In this document: positions 11,886 to 22,285 of the stretch, one piece after another
How positions within the stretch are numbered: the first letter of the stretch is position 1
Layout: each line of letters starts with the position of its first letter
Origin: Burkholderiales bacterium
GTDB lineage: Bacteria > Pseudomonadota > Gammaproteobacteria > Burkholderiales > SG8-41
DNA length: 64,000 nt
Direction of reading: 5' to 3'
Assembly (NCBI GenBank): GCA_046313915.1
Contig: JBKBXX010000001.1
Span: 1,040-65,039, forward strand
Position numbers and translations under genes: made by a program
The notes under the pieces: generated by a model
The model's database searches: none
Told to the model about the DNA's origin: nothing
What the model saw: the letters and a program-made list of their open reading frames with translations, nothing else

Positions 11886-12066
11886 TATTAGGTTATTAAG
11901 CTGCGTTCCGAAGCGTGCGTCCTGATTCCCATCGCAGGGGCTGGGCTGAAACTTCTGAAATCTTCCGGGAGCTTTGCCGTGATTACTCAGGGGCTGCTCG
12001 AAAGGGAATTGCCAAGGGCCTGATTAAGGGGGCAAAATATGCAGTTCATCAAATGGATGTAGCTGG

Positions 12067-12858
12067 ATGACGGTTTACGGCCGGGGGCTCATCGTGGCAA
12101 GGATTGTGGTGTTCAACCAGAAGGGCGGCGTCGGCAAGACCACGACCACGCTCAATCTCGCGGCGCTGCTCGCCCGGCGCGGCGCCGATCCGCTGGTCAT
12201 CGATCTCGATCCCCAGGCGCATCTGTCAGGAGTGTGCGGTGCCACGGTGGCGGAATCGGAGCACAGCCTCTACGGTTTTTATTCCCACGCCGTGCCATTG
12301 ACCGCCTTGATCCGCAACAGCAACGGTGGCTGGAAAATCATCCCCTCGCATCTCGATTTGTCCAAAGTCGATACCCAGTTCGGCAAGGGGCCGAATATTC
12401 TCAACCGCCTTTACACTGGCATCGTGAAAGAGCGACTCAATACCGATCGGCCGATCCTGATGGATTCGTGTCCCATGCTGGGCGTGCTGTCGCTCAATGG
12501 CATCTTTGCTTCCGATCGCGTGCTGGTGCCGATTTCCACCGATTATCTGGCGATCAAGGGCGCGCTGCAGATGGAGCGTACGCTGAAAGCGCTCGAGCAC
12601 GTGCTGAAAAAGCGTGTCGTGAGGCGCTACGTCATCACGCGCTTTGACACGCGGCGCAAGATGTCATGGGATATCGATCGCCAGTTGCGCGAGCGTTTCG
12701 GCGCGGAAGTGTGCGAGACGCGCATTGCCGAGAATGTCAGCATCGCCGAGAGCCCCTCGTACAGCAAGGATGTATTCGGGCACGCGCCGGAAAGCCGCGG
12801 CGCGCACGACTACGCCGCGTTGCTCGCCGAACTCGAAGCCTGTGGTTTCCTGCAGTAG
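12067..12858 (+). CDS. ParA/MinD-family P-loop ATPase (orphan, no ParB neighbour)
   Basis: It carries the deviant Walker A NQKGGVGKTTTTLNLAA and has ParA/Soj-like length. The start may be the GTG at 12094 (VARIVVFNQKGG). Confidence 0.85.
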   Translation: MTVYGRGLIVARIVVFNQKGGVGKTTTTLNLAALLARRGADPLVIDLDPQAHLSGVCGATVAESEHSLYGFYSHAVPLTALIRNSNGGWKIIPSHLDLSKVDTQFGKGPNILNRLYTGIVKERLNTDRPILMDSCPMLGVLSLNGIFASDRVLVPISTDYLAIKGALQMERTLKALEHVLKKRVVRRYVITRFDTRRKMSWDIDRQLRERFGAEVCETRIAENVSIAESPSYSKDVFGHAPESRGAHDYAALLAELEACGFLQ

Positions 12859-12917
12859 AACGGCAAGCGGTGAAAGGACAAGCTGGGCTTGTTCCGCTCG
12901 CCGCTTGCTGCTCACGC

Positions 12918-13139
12918 TTACCTGCCCTCATCCTGCCTGCCGATCAACGAGATCATGCCTTCGAGATCGAGCGCCTCGCCGCGGGTGCTCGGTTCCGATT
13001 CGCGGCATTCGAGGATTTCGCAATTGTGGTAAATCTGGCCGATCTTGTTCTCGGCCTCGGTGCGGTCACGCGCCTGCACCATGAGGTTTTCCACGACCAT
13101 TCCGCCGCGTGTCCTGATTTTGAAGCCGTATTTGTTCAT
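12918..13139 (-). CDS. hypothetical 73-aa protein
   Basis: MNKYGFKIRTRGGMVVENLMVQARDRTEAENKIGQIYHNCEILE... is preceded by a strong SD (GAAGGAG) 6 nt before the ATG. The ORF-track start is trimmed. I do not recognise a family. Confidence 0.5.
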   Translation of the reverse strand: MNKYGFKIRTRGGMVVENLMVQARDRTEAENKIGQIYHNCEILECRESEPSTRGEALDLEGMISLIGRQDEGR

Positions 13140-13177
13140 GGGGACGCTCCTTCGCTGCCGCGCTCCGGCATTTGCCG

Positions 13178-13702
13178 TCACGATTCGTCGGGCCTGAGTT
13201 CCTGCCTGTAGAACCTGAATTTCCTCACGTAATGGTCGGAAGCCGCGTTGATGCGCTGGATTTCCTCGGCGGAGAGCTGGCGCACCACCTTGCCGGGGGA
13301 GCCGATCACCAGCGATCCGTCGGGAATCTCCTTGCCTTCGGCAATCAGCGAATTGGCGCCGATCAGACAGTTTTTCCCGATTTTTGCGCCGTTCAGGATC
13401 ACGCTCTTGATGCCGACCAGGCTGCCGTCGCCGATGGTGCAGCCATGCAGCATGGCCATGTGGCCGACGCTTACGTTCCTGCCGATGGTGATCGGAAAAC
13501 CGGGATCGACGTGCAGCACGCAGCCGTCCTGCAGCTGGGAGTTTTCGCCTATCGTGATGACGTCGTTGTCGCCGCGCACCACGCAGCCGAACCAGACGCT
13601 GGCATTGTTTTCGAGCACCACGCTGCCAATGACGGTGGCGTTGTGTGCGACATAGTAGTCGCCTTTGCAGACGACCTTGCGGTCCCCGATGGAAAATTTC
13701 AT
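13178..13702 (-). CDS. gamma-class carbonic anhydrase-like / hexapeptide-repeat (LbH) protein
   Basis: [29 protein letters not shown] and [18 protein letters not shown] match YrdA/PaaY-type left-handed beta-helix repeats with conserved His residues. Confidence 0.9.
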   Translation of the reverse strand: MKFSIGDRKVVCKGDYYVAHNATVIGSVVLENNASVWFGCVVRGDNDVITIGENSQLQDGCVLHVDPGFPITIGRNVSVGHMAMLHGCTIGDGSLVGIKSVILNGAKIGKNCLIGANSLIAEGKEIPDGSLVIGSPGKVVRQLSAEEIQRINAASDHYVRKFRFYRQELRPDES

Positions 13703-13779
13703 GGGCTGTTCTTCCTCCGTCCGTTAGCCCGATTATACCCAGCGGCGGGGCGGCTGCGGAAAGGGCGACGTAAATGACA

Positions 13780-13811
13780 GACGGCCGGCGGGATGGTGTC
13801 CGCCGGCCGTC
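13780..13811 (-). terminator. perfect 12-bp GC hairpin downstream of hppA (possible terminator or RNA-stabilising hairpin)
   Basis: GACGGCCGGCGG, an 8-nt loop, then CCGCCGGCCGTC, located 25 nt after the hppA stop. The U-tract on the minus strand is weak (UGUCAUUU). Confidence 0.35.
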
Positions 13812-13835
13812 TGCGTGTGATGCACCGCTGGCGCC

Positions 13836-15884
13836 CTACAGGAGCGGCACGATCAGCAGCGCCACGATGTTGATGATCTTGATCAGCGGGTTGACCGCGG
13901 GGCCGGCGGTATCCTTGTAGGGATCGCCGACAGTGTCGCCGGTCACTGCCGCCTTGTGGGCGTCAGAACCCTTGCCGCCGTGATTGCCGTCCTCGATGTA
14001 TTTCTTGGCATTGTCCCATGCGCCGCCGCCGGTGGTCATCGAAATCGCCACGAACAGGCCGGTGATGATGGAACCCATCAATACCCCGCCCAGCGCCTGC
14101 GGTCCGAGCACGATGCCGACCACCACCGGGACCAGCACCGGCAGCAGCGAGGGCACGATCATTTCCTTGATCGCCGAGCGGGTGAGCATGTCCACCGCGC
14201 GTGAATAGTCGGGTTTGGCCGTGCCTTCCATGATGCCCTTGATTTCCCTGAACTGACGGCGCACCTCGACCACTACCGAACCGGCGGCGCGGCCGACGGC
14301 TTCCATCGCCATTGCGCCGAACAGATAAGGCACCAGGCCGCCGATGAACAGGCCGATGATGACCATGTGACTGGAGAGGTCGAACGCTATCGATTTTCCG
14401 GCTGCTTCGAGCGCGTGGGTGTAGTCGGCGAACAGCACCAGCGCAGCGAGCCCTGCCGAACCGATCGCGTAACCCTTGGTCACCGCCTTGGTGGTGTTGC
14501 CCACTGCATCCAGCGGATCGGTGATGGCGCGCACTTCCTTCGGCAGGTCGGCCATTTCGGCGATGCCGCCGGCGTTGTCGGTAATCGGGCCGTAAGCGTC
14601 GAGCGCGACGATGATGCCGGTCATCGACAGCATCGCGGTCGCGGCGATGGCGATGCCATAAAGTCCTGCCATGGCGTGGGCGGCGTATATGCTCGCGCAC
14701 ACCGCGAGTACCGGCCATGCCGTCGATTTCATCGATACGCCGAGGCCGGCGATGATGTTGGTGGCGTGGCCGGTGGTGGAGGCGGCGGCGACGTGGCGCA
14801 CCGGCGCGAACTCGGTCGCAGTGTAGTACTCGGTGATCACCACCATCAGCGCGGTCAGCACCAGGCCGACCAGCGCGGAGCCGAGCAGTTTGAGCGGCGA
14901 GAGCTCGGGGTATTGCGCGCCGATGTTGCCCATCATGCTGTAGGTCACGATGACGAAGCCGACCGCGGCGATCACGCCGGATACGATCACACCCTTGTAG
15001 AGCGCGCTCATGATCTTGGCTCCGGGTGAAACCTTGACGAAGAAGCAGCCAATGATGGAGCCGATGATGGAAACACCGCCCAGCGCCAGCGGATAGGTGG
15101 CGGCAGTGAGCGCGGCTTCCGGCTTGGACAGCAGCAGTGCACCCAGCAGCATGGTGGCGATGATGGTCACGGCATAGGTTTCGAACAGATCGGCCGCCAT
15201 GCCGGCGCAGTCGCCGACGTTGTCACCGACATTGTCGGCGATCACGGCAGGGTTGCGCGGATCGTCCTCGGGAATGCCGGCTTCGACTTTGCCCACCAGA
15301 TCGGCGCCGACGTCGGCGCCCTTGGTGAAAATGCCGCCGCCAAGCCGCGCGAAAATCGAGATCAGCGAGCCGCCGAAAGCGAGTCCCACCAGCGGTTCGG
15401 CGATTTTCTTGATCGAAGCGCCGTGTTCGGCGCTGCCGAGCAGTGTCCAGAAAAACACGGTGACGCCGAGCAGCCCGAGCCCGACCACCAGCATGCCGGT
15501 GATGGCGCCGCCGCGAAAAGCGATGGCGAGCGCTTCATTAAGACCGGTGCGTGCGGCTTCGGCGGTGCGCACGTTGGCGCGCACCGAGACGTTCATGCCG
15601 ATATAGCCCGCCAGTCCCGACAGCAGGGCGCCGATCGCGAAGCCGACCGCCGTCGCCCACGACTTGAGCGCAAAACCGATGACGATGAAAAGAATGACGC
15701 CAACGATGCCGATCGTCGTGTATTGACGGTTCAGATACGCCGATGCGCCCTGTTGCACGGCCGCGGCGATTTCGCGCATGCGGTCGTTGCCGCTGGGCTG
15801 GGCGAGAATCCACTTGATCGAAATGCCGCCGTAAGCAAGCGCGGCAATGGCGCAAAGTAGCGCGATTAACAGACCACCAGACAT
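13836..15884 (-). CDS. hppA: membrane-bound ion-translocating inorganic pyrophosphatase
   Basis: 682 aa, about 16 TM helices. [54 protein letters not shown] and [10 protein letters not shown] are diagnostic H+/Na+-PPase motifs. Confidence 0.95.
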   Translation of the reverse strand: MSGGLLIALLCAIAALAYGGISIKWILAQPSGNDRMREIAAAVQQGASAYLNRQYTTIGIVGVILFIVIGFALKSWATAVGFAIGALLSGLAGYIGMNVSVRANVRTAEAARTGLNEALAIAFRGGAITGMLVVGLGLLGVTVFFWTLLGSAEHGASIKKIAEPLVGLAFGGSLISIFARLGGGIFTKGADVGADLVGKVEAGIPEDDPRNPAVIADNVGDNVGDCAGMAADLFETYAVTIIATMLLGALLLSKPEAALTAATYPLALGGVSIIGSIIGCFFVKVSPGAKIMSALYKGVIVSGVIAAVGFVIVTYSMMGNIGAQYPELSPLKLLGSALVGLVLTALMVVITEYYTATEFAPVRHVAAASTTGHATNIIAGLGVSMKSTAWPVLAVCASIYAAHAMAGLYGIAIAATAMLSMTGIIVALDAYGPITDNAGGIAEMADLPKEVRAITDPLDAVGNTTKAVTKGYAIGSAGLAALVLFADYTHALEAAGKSIAFDLSSHMVIIGLFIGGLVPYLFGAMAMEAVGRAAGSVVVEVRRQFREIKGIMEGTAKPDYSRAVDMLTRSAIKEMIVPSLLPVLVPVVVGIVLGPQALGGVLMGSIITGLFVAISMTTGGGAWDNAKKYIEDGNHGGKGSDAHKAAVTGDTVGDPYKDTAGPAVNPLIKIINIVALLIVPLL

Positions 15885-16072
15885 GATTGCTCCCGTTGAT
15901 TATCGGCCGTTAAGGCAGGCCGTTTTGCCTCTTACCAATTTTTTCCGCCGGAGGACATGAAAGTCGCGAGGGGTGAGACCCTTGAACCCCCGGCGTTACC
16001 GTGCTCCGCTTTTCCCCGTGCTCCCTGTAGCTGTCCGCGTTTGGCAGCGCCCGATCCGCAGCTCACCGGCTT

Positions 16073-16318
16073 TCACCGATTTTCGAGGCCGCTCTCCCGG
16101 CCTTTGTCGGTACCCAGGGCCAGGCCGCCCTCGAAGCGCGTGCCGGTCCTGAAACCGAAAATGCGATCGAGCTCGAGCTCGACGATCAGCTCGTCTACCG
16201 CCTGCTGTCCGTGTTCCCTCATTACCTCCGACAGGATCAGCTTGGACGAATTGGCATTATAGAACCCTCCGAAGCCGGCCTGTACCTGCAGAAGCTGTTT
16301 TGCTCTTTCGAGGGTCAT
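16073..16318 (-). CDS. hypothetical 81-aa protein between pfp and hppA
   Basis: It starts 13 nt after the pfp stop and has coding-like GC3. I do not recognise a family. Confidence 0.5.
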   Translation of the reverse strand: MTLERAKQLLQVQAGFGGFYNANSSKLILSEVMREHGQQAVDELIVELELDRIFGFRTGTRFEGGLALGTDKGRESGLENR

Positions 16319-16331
16319 GCCCGCATCACAC

Positions 16332-17594
16332 CTAGATCCTGAATGCGTCGTGCAGTTTTTTCTTTATCGCGACGTTCCTGAGTTTCACGTATGCCGGCAG
16401 ACCGTTCTTGTAAGGCGGCGGGTCTTCTCCCTGGATCAGGGGCGCGAGGTAGCGCCGGCATTTGGGGGTGATATGGAAACCGTCTCCGGTGATGAAGTCG
16501 CGTGGCATCATTTTCTCGCGGTTGGCGATGTCTTCCAGTCTGGCCATGCCTATCGACCATCGATAAGGCCGGTTGGATTTGCGCACGATCACCGGCATCA
16601 CGGCGTTGTGGCCCTTGATGGCGAATTCGACCGCCGCCTTGCCAACCGCATAGGCTTGCTGGACGTCCGTTTTCGAGGCGATATGGCGTGCCGAGCGCTG
16701 CAGGTAGTCGGCGACCGCCCAGTGATATTTGTAGCCGAGCTGGTCCTTGACCAGATTGGCGATCAGCGGCGCGACCCCGCCCAGCTGCGCGTGGCCGAAT
16801 GCGTCTTTCAGGCCCGACTCGGACAGGAATTTGCCCTCGGCATTGCGCAGGCCTTCCGAAACGCCGATCGTGCAATAGCCATGGCGCTTGACCACCTGGT
16901 CGACGCGGGCGAGGAACTTCGCGGGATCGAAAGGGATTTCGGGAAACAGCAGGATGTGCGGTGCGTCGCCTTCCCGTTCCGCGGCGAGACCGCAGGCCGC
17001 CGTGATCCAGCCGGCATGGCGGCCCATCACCTCCAGCACGAATACTTTGGTCGAAGTGCGCGCCATCGATGCGACGTCGAAGCCGGCTTCGCGGATGCTG
17101 GTGGCCACATATTTCGCGACTGAACCGAAACCCGGGCAGTTGTCGGTGACGACGAGATCGTTATCGACGGTCTTGGGAATGCCGATGCAGTTGAGCGGAT
17201 AACCGAGCTTCGCGGAAAGCTGCGACACTTTCCAGGCGGTATCGGCGGAATCATTGCCGCCGTTGTAGAAAAAATAACCAACGTTGTGCGCCCTGAACAC
17301 GGCGATCAGCCGTTCGTATTGGGCGCGGTTTTCTTCCAGCCCTTTCAGCTTGTAGCGGCACGAGCCGAAAGCACCGGCCGGTGTATGGCGCAGCGCCCGG
17401 ATCGCCGCAGGCGTTTCGCGGGAAGTGTCGATCAGATCTTCGGTGAGTACGCCGATGATGCCGTCACGGCCGGCAAGCACTTTACCGATGCGATCGTCGT
17501 ACTTGCGCGCGGTTTCGATCACGCCGCACGCGGTGGCGTTGATCACTGCGGTCACTCCGCCCGACTGGGCGTAGATGGCATTACGCTTGGCCAT
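16332..17594 (-). CDS. pfp: 6-phosphofructokinase, pyrophosphate-dependent type
   Basis: PFK family (SGGVTAVINATACG, MGRHAGW). The motif GGNDS has Asp where ATP-dependent PFKs have the second Gly of GGDGS, a PPi-PFK hallmark. Length is 420 aa. Confidence 0.82.
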   Translation of the reverse strand: MAKRNAIYAQSGGVTAVINATACGVIETARKYDDRIGKVLAGRDGIIGVLTEDLIDTSRETPAAIRALRHTPAGAFGSCRYKLKGLEENRAQYERLIAVFRAHNVGYFFYNGGNDSADTAWKVSQLSAKLGYPLNCIGIPKTVDNDLVVTDNCPGFGSVAKYVATSIREAGFDVASMARTSTKVFVLEVMGRHAGWITAACGLAAEREGDAPHILLFPEIPFDPAKFLARVDQVVKRHGYCTIGVSEGLRNAEGKFLSESGLKDAFGHAQLGGVAPLIANLVKDQLGYKYHWAVADYLQRSARHIASKTDVQQAYAVGKAAVEFAIKGHNAVMPVIVRKSNRPYRWSIGMARLEDIANREKMMPRDFITGDGFHITPKCRRYLAPLIQGEDPPPYKNGLPAYVKLRNVAIKKKLHDAFRI

Positions 17595-17707
17595 GGGACT
17601 ATTGCGTGTTTCGTGTCTGGAAAAAACGATATTCTAGCACACGGCTTCGCAGGTAAAAACATTGGGAATCAATGCCTTGAATTTGATCCCGTGTGCCGCA
17701 CGCCGCA

Positions 17708-18073
17708 TTACAGATCGGCGCCGGTCTTGCCGGAAGTGGCGCCGGCGCGATTTTTTTCGTGATCGGCCTGCAGCCTGAGGGTGATGGTCACGCACTCGGC
17801 GAGATCATCGAAATCACGCCCGGTGCCGTACTGCTCGGTGGCCGAATAATAGAATTGGCTGCGAAAGCGGGTTGCGGCGATCTTGAATATCACGAACTCC
17901 ACGCCGCGCTCCTCCCAGTAAAAGGTGGGGCACAGCGTGATTTGGGGGGAAGTCGGGTCCAGCCTGACTTCGCTGTCAGCGAGTTCGACCTGCACCCGCT
18001 TGGCATAACGCTCCTGGAGCGCGCTTTCGACCACCCAGCGGTCGGCGGCGGTGAAATCCGGTATTTGTTTCAC
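17708..18073 (-). CDS. hypothetical 121-aa protein, translationally coupled to adk
   Basis: The start overlaps the adk stop by 4 nt. Composition looks coding. I do not recognise a family. Confidence 0.55.
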   Translation of the reverse strand: MKQIPDFTAADRWVVESALQERYAKRVQVELADSEVRLDPTSPQITLCPTFYWEERGVEFVIFKIAATRFRSQFYYSATEQYGTGRDFDDLAECVTITLRLQADHEKNRAGATSGKTGADL

Positions 18074-18738
18074 GGGGGCGATTTGGCCGCCAGGGCGGCG
18101 AACAGTTTGTCGCGGATATGCTCGACCGAGCCGCGGCCGTAGATGTTGACGTATTTCGGGGCGCGCGGATCGCCCGACGCGGCCCAGTCCATGTAGTACT
18201 GGATCAGGGGTTTGGTTTGTGAGTGATAGGTGGCGATGCGCTTTCTGACGGTTTCTTCCTGGTCGTCGGGACGCTGCACCAGGTCTTCACCCGTCACGTC
18301 GTCCTTGCCGGGCACTTTCGGCGGCTTGAATTCGACGTGGTAGCTGCGTCCCGAGGCCGGGTGCACGCGGCGTCCGCTCATGCGGCGCAGGATTTCCTGG
18401 TCGCCGACTTCGATTTCGATCACGAAATCGATGTCGATTCCCGCTTCGCGCAGCGCTTCTGCCTGCGGGATGGTGCGCGGGAAGCCGTCGATGATGAAGC
18501 CATGGGCGCAATCGGGCTCCTTGATGCGCTGCTTGACCAGTTCGATGACCACGTGATCGGGGACCAGGTCGCCTTTGTCCATGTATTTTTTTGCTTCCAT
18601 GCCGAGCGGGGTGCCGGCCTTGATCGCGGCGCGCAGCATGTCACCGGTCGAGATCTGGGGAATCTTGTACTTCTCGATCAGGAATTGCGCCTGTGTGCCT
18701 TTTCCGGCACCGGGCATACCTAACAGCAGGATACGCAT
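18070..18738 (-). CDS. adk: adenylate kinase
   Basis: [29 protein letters not shown] and [10 protein letters not shown]. Confidence 0.97.
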   Translation of the reverse strand: MRILLLGMPGAGKGTQAQFLIEKYKIPQISTGDMLRAAIKAGTPLGMEAKKYMDKGDLVPDHVVIELVKQRIKEPDCAHGFIIDGFPRTIPQAEALREAGIDIDFVIEIEVGDQEILRRMSGRRVHPASGRSYHVEFKPPKVPGKDDVTGEDLVQRPDDQEETVRKRIATYHSQTKPLIQYYMDWAASGDPRAPKYVNIYGRGSVEHIRDKLFAALAAKSPP

Positions 18739-18900
18739 GGGTTGGGGAACTCGGGAGCGGTTGTTGCGGCAGCGACCCGCGGTGCCATCATCTGAAACAT
18801 CGGCCTGGAACGAAGCCGGCGGGCAGTCATAAGGCCGCTTTATTCATGTATAAAGTCGAAGTATAAACGGATTTGGGTTCCGGCAAAACCTGCCCCCGTC

Positions 18901-19722
18901 TCAGGCGTTGGCGAGCAGCTGCACGATCCGTTGCAGATCTTCCGGCGTGTCCACTCCGGGCGGGGAAGGGTGGGGACTCACGGTGACGCTGATGCGGTAA
19001 CCATGCCACAGCACGCGCAATTGCTCGAGCGCTTCGAATTGTTCGAGCGGCGAAGGCGCGAGCGTTGGATAACGCGCGAGAAATCCGGCGCGGTAACCAT
19101 AGATTCCGACGTGACGGTACGCGGGCATGCCGGCGGGCAGCGCGGCGATGTCGCCGGCATGGGCACCCGTCGCGGGATCGTAGAGGCGCGCAAACGCATC
19201 CCGCGCGAAAGGAATGGGGGCGCGGCTGAAATAGAGCGCGTAGCCGTTACGATCGCAGACCACCTTGACGATGTGGGGGTTGAAAATGTCGGGTGGATTT
19301 TCGAGCGGGTGGCATGCCGTCGCCACCTCCGCATCGGCGTGATCGTAGAGGTTTTGCGCCACCGTCCTGATCAGTTCCGGCGCGATCAGCGGCTCGTCGC
19401 CCTGGATGTTGACGACGATGTGGCGCGCGTCGTGGCCGCGCCGTTGCGATACTTCGGCTACGCGCTCGGTGCCGGAAACGTGATCGCTTCGCGTCATCAC
19501 CGCTTCGTAGCCGTGTTGTTTCACCGCGGCGGCGATTCCGGGATGGTCGGTGGCCACCAGCACTTCGGCGGCGCCGCTGCGGCTGGCGCGCTCGGCGACG
19601 CGCACCACCATGGGCTTGCCGGCGATGTCGGCGAGCGGCTTGCCCGGGAAGCGCGATGAGGCGTAGCGCGCGGGGATGACGACCGAGAACTTCACGGCGT
19701 GAAATGCGCGGACGTCGGCCAT
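18901..19722 (-). CDS. kdsB: 3-deoxy-manno-octulosonate cytidylyltransferase
   Basis: [26 protein letters not shown] and [10 protein letters not shown]. Confidence 0.93.
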   Translation of the reverse strand: MADVRAFHAVKFSVVIPARYASSRFPGKPLADIAGKPMVVRVAERASRSGAAEVLVATDHPGIAAAVKQHGYEAVMTRSDHVSGTERVAEVSQRRGHDARHIVVNIQGDEPLIAPELIRTVAQNLYDHADAEVATACHPLENPPDIFNPHIVKVVCDRNGYALYFSRAPIPFARDAFARLYDPATGAHAGDIAALPAGMPAYRHVGIYGYRAGFLARYPTLAPSPLEQFEALEQLRVLWHGYRISVTVSPHPSPPGVDTPEDLQRIVQLLANA

Positions 19723-19760
19723 GAAGCGTGGCGCAGCATGGCGGTTCTACGGTTCACTTT

Positions 19761-19940
19761 TTACGGCTCTTCTTGCGGCGCCAGCTGGCGTGCTTCGTCT
19801 TCGAGCATGACCGGGATGCCGTCCTTGACCGGATAGGCGAGACGGCACGGCTTGCAGATCAGCTCGTTCTCGGTTTTTTTGTAAACCAGCGACCCCTTGC
19901 ACAACGGGCACACCAGAATGTCGAGCAGCTTGCTGTCCAT
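19761..19940 (-). CDS. Trm112/YcaR-family small zinc-ribbon protein (59 aa, below the ORF-track size cut-off)
   Basis: My own translation is [59 protein letters not shown], with the CPxC...CxxC pattern. It sits in the conserved position between lpxK and kdsB. Confidence 0.8.
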   Translation of the reverse strand: MDSKLLDILVCPLCKGSLVYKKTENELICKPCRLAYPVKDGIPVMLEDEARQLAPQEEP

Positions 19941-19941
19941 T

Positions 19942-20940
19942 TCACTTTCCCAGTTTTTTCAGCACCAGTTCGCCGAATGCCGGATCGATTTCGGCCTCGA
20001 CCCGCAGCACCCAGTGCTTTTCGGTGGCGAATGGACGGCATTTTACCGCATCTTTCTCGGTCATCACGACAAAGTCGGCGTCATCGCAGGCGAGTTCGCC
20101 GGCGCTGAACGCGTGGTGATCGGGAAAAGGATGGGCAGTAAAGGTGAGCCCCAGGCGCTGCAGCAGCTCGAAGAAACGTCGGGGATTGCCGATGCCGGCG
20201 ATTGCGTGAACGCGGCGGTTCATGAATTGTTCCGCCACGGCCTTGTGATCGGGATTGAGCAGATTGTAAAAACCGCGGCTTTGCAGCGTCATGGCGAACG
20301 CCGGGGGCGCGCCTGTCCGCAGTCCGACCCCCGCCGACTGGCTGACATTGACCACGATGGCGTCGACCGCAGCAAGACGGGTTGCCGGTTCGCGCAACGG
20401 GCCCGCCGGGAGCAGCCGCGCGTTGCCGAGGCCGCGCGCGCCGTCGATGACTGCGATCTCGAGGTCGCGCTGCAGGGCGTAATGCTGCAGGCCGTCGTCG
20501 CTGACGATGACGTCGCATTCGGGGTGCGCCTGCAGCAGTGCCCGTGCCGCGGCGACACGATCGGCGCCGACCCACACCGGGACGTTGGCGCGTTGTGCCA
20601 GCATCACCGGTTCATCGCCGCACGAGGCGACATCGCTGGCGGCGGTGACCGCGCGCGGTGAGGCGCCGCGTCTGCCGTAGCCGCGACTGACGATGCCGGG
20701 GCGCAGGCCGTGCTCACGCAGGAAATTCACCAGCCACAGCACGAGCGGGGTTTTGCCGGTGCCGCCGACAGTGATGTTGCCGACGACGACGACTGCGACC
20801 GGCAGCCTCGCTGCGGGAAGAATGCCGGCGCGATAGAGCGCGCGGCGCAACTTTACCGCCAGCAGGAAAAACAGGCTTAAAGGGTAGAGGAAAAACCCCA
20901 GCAGGGTGACGCGCTGCCAGTGTCGTTCGAGCCAGTTCAT
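19942..20940 (-). CDS. lpxK: tetraacyldisaccharide 4'-kinase
   Basis: [21 protein letters not shown] (P-loop) and VSRGYGR. Confidence 0.93.
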   Translation of the reverse strand: MNWLERHWQRVTLLGFFLYPLSLFFLLAVKLRRALYRAGILPAARLPVAVVVVGNITVGGTGKTPLVLWLVNFLREHGLRPGIVSRGYGRRGASPRAVTAASDVASCGDEPVMLAQRANVPVWVGADRVAAARALLQAHPECDVIVSDDGLQHYALQRDLEIAVIDGARGLGNARLLPAGPLREPATRLAAVDAIVVNVSQSAGVGLRTGAPPAFAMTLQSRGFYNLLNPDHKAVAEQFMNRRVHAIAGIGNPRRFFELLQRLGLTFTAHPFPDHHAFSAGELACDDADFVVMTEKDAVKCRPFATEKHWVLRVEAEIDPAFGELVLKKLGK

Positions 20941-20961
20941 CGGGGGACGTAAGCAGCCAGC

Positions 20962-21008
20962 GTGAGCGGTAAGCGGGGAAAAGCGGTGATTTGCCGCTTA
21001 CGGCTCAC
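20962..21008 (-). repeat. imperfect inverted repeat (15-nt arms, 1 mismatch) between exbD and lpxK
   Basis: GTGAGCGGTAAGCGG, then 17 nt, then CCGCTTACGGCTCAC. The AAGCGG unit occurs three times. No U-tract follows. Confidence 0.5.
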
Positions 21009-21011
21009 CGC

Positions 21012-21431
21012 TTATTTCTGTCCTGCCTGGGTGGTGAAAGTGATTTTGCCATAGCCGGCGATGCGCGCCGCTTCCATCACGTTGATCACGGCCTGGTGCG
21101 GGGAATTGGCGTCGGCGCTGATGACGATCACCGGTTCCTTCATGTCGCCGGCGGCGCGCCGCAATTCCTGGCTGAAAGCCGCGGCGCCGCTGAAAACGAC
21201 GGGCGATCTGTTGATCGCATACCTGCCGTGGGCATCGATGGCGACGTCGATCTGGGCCGGGCGCTCGGAAGGGGTGCCCGCCTCGGCGCTCGGCAGATTG
21301 ATCTGCAACTCGGCGAAGCGCGAGTAAGTGGTGGTGACCATGAGGAAGATCAGTATCACCAGCAACACGTCGATCAGCGGAATGAAATTGATTTCCGGAT
21401 CTTCGCGAACGGAACGCGACTGGAATTTCAT
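21012..21431 (-). CDS. exbD: ExbD/TolR-family biopolymer transport protein
   Basis: EINFIPLIDVLLVILIFLMVT, 139 aa, immediately downstream of exbB. Confidence 0.9.
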   Translation of the reverse strand: MKFQSRSVREDPEINFIPLIDVLLVILIFLMVTTTYSRFAELQINLPSAEAGTPSERPAQIDVAIDAHGRYAINRSPVVFSGAAAFSQELRRAAGDMKEPVIVISADANSPHQAVINVMEAARIAGYGKITFTTQAGQK

Positions 21432-21437
21432 TGCCGG

Positions 21438-22046
21438 CTACACCTGGCGTTCGCCGTGGATGATTTCCACCAGCTTGACCGCCTGCATTTCCATCTCGAT
21501 CAGCAGCGCGTCGACCTTGGCGCGGAAATGGCGGTAGAAAATCATGCTCGGCACTGCGACGACCAGGCCGAAGGCGGTGTTGTAGAGCGCAATTGAAATG
21601 CCGTGCGCGAGTACCAGCGGATTGCCGCCTTGCGGCGATTGCGAGCCGAAAATCTCGATCATGCCGACGACGGTGCCGAAAAGACCGAGCAGGGGGGCGA
21701 TGGCGGCAATGGTTCCCAGGCTGGTGAGGAAGCGCTCGAGCTCGTGGGCCACACCGTGTCCTGCTTCCTCGATCGCCTCCTTCATGATCGCCGGCGTGCT
21801 TCTGACGTTCTTGAGCCCGGCGGCGAATACTTGACCCAGCGGCGAACCGGCGGAAAGACGTTCCAGCATCTGCGGCGTCACGCCGTTCTGGCGGTATTCC
21901 TGCGTTACCTCGAGCAGCAGATTCCTGGGGACGATCAGCGATTGCCGCAACGACCAGCAACGTTCGCCGATGATGGCCAGGGCGATGACGGAGGAGATGA
22001 TCAGCGGCCAGATCGGCCAGCCGGCGGCTTCAATGATGGCAAACAA
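21438..22046 (-). CDS. exbB: ExbB/TolQ/MotA-family proton channel
   Basis: LGTIAAIAPLLGLFGTVVGMI and three TM helices. The TTG start has a GGAG 8 nt upstream. Confidence 0.9.
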   Translation of the reverse strand: MFAIIEAAGWPIWPLIISSVIALAIIGERCWSLRQSLIVPRNLLLEVTQEYRQNGVTPQMLERLSAGSPLGQVFAAGLKNVRSTPAIMKEAIEEAGHGVAHELERFLTSLGTIAAIAPLLGLFGTVVGMIEIFGSQSPQGGNPLVLAHGISIALYNTAFGLVVAVPSMIFYRHFRAKVDALLIEMEMQAVKLVEIIHGERQV

Positions 22047-22167
22047 GGCGATGCTCCGTGAAAAGTGGCCGTAACTCTATCCGGCTGACGGTTTTTCAGC
22101 AAGGCCGGAATCCAGAATTTTGGTTATGAAATTTTTTTAAGCGCATCATGCACAACAGGTTTTTTGT

Positions 22168-22202
22168 TTGTCCACAAAGTTTGTGGATAACCATGTGAAT
22201 AT
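22168..22202. promoter_or_regulatory. cluster of three DnaA-box-like 9-mers
   Basis: TTGTCCACA (22168-22176, + orientation, 1 mismatch), TGTGGATAA, which is the reverse complement of the perfect box TTATCCACA (22182-22190), and TGTGAATAT, the reverse complement of ATATTCACA (22194-22202, 1 mismatch to TTWTNCACA). The first two form the palindrome TCCACAAAgTTTGTGGA. Confidence 0.45.
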
Positions 22203-22285
22203 TCTGTAAGCAGATTCGCTAAGTAAGTTTTTCATATGGTTTTTTTTGCCGCGCCCAAGTTTTGTGCGGAAATTATATGCTTAAT

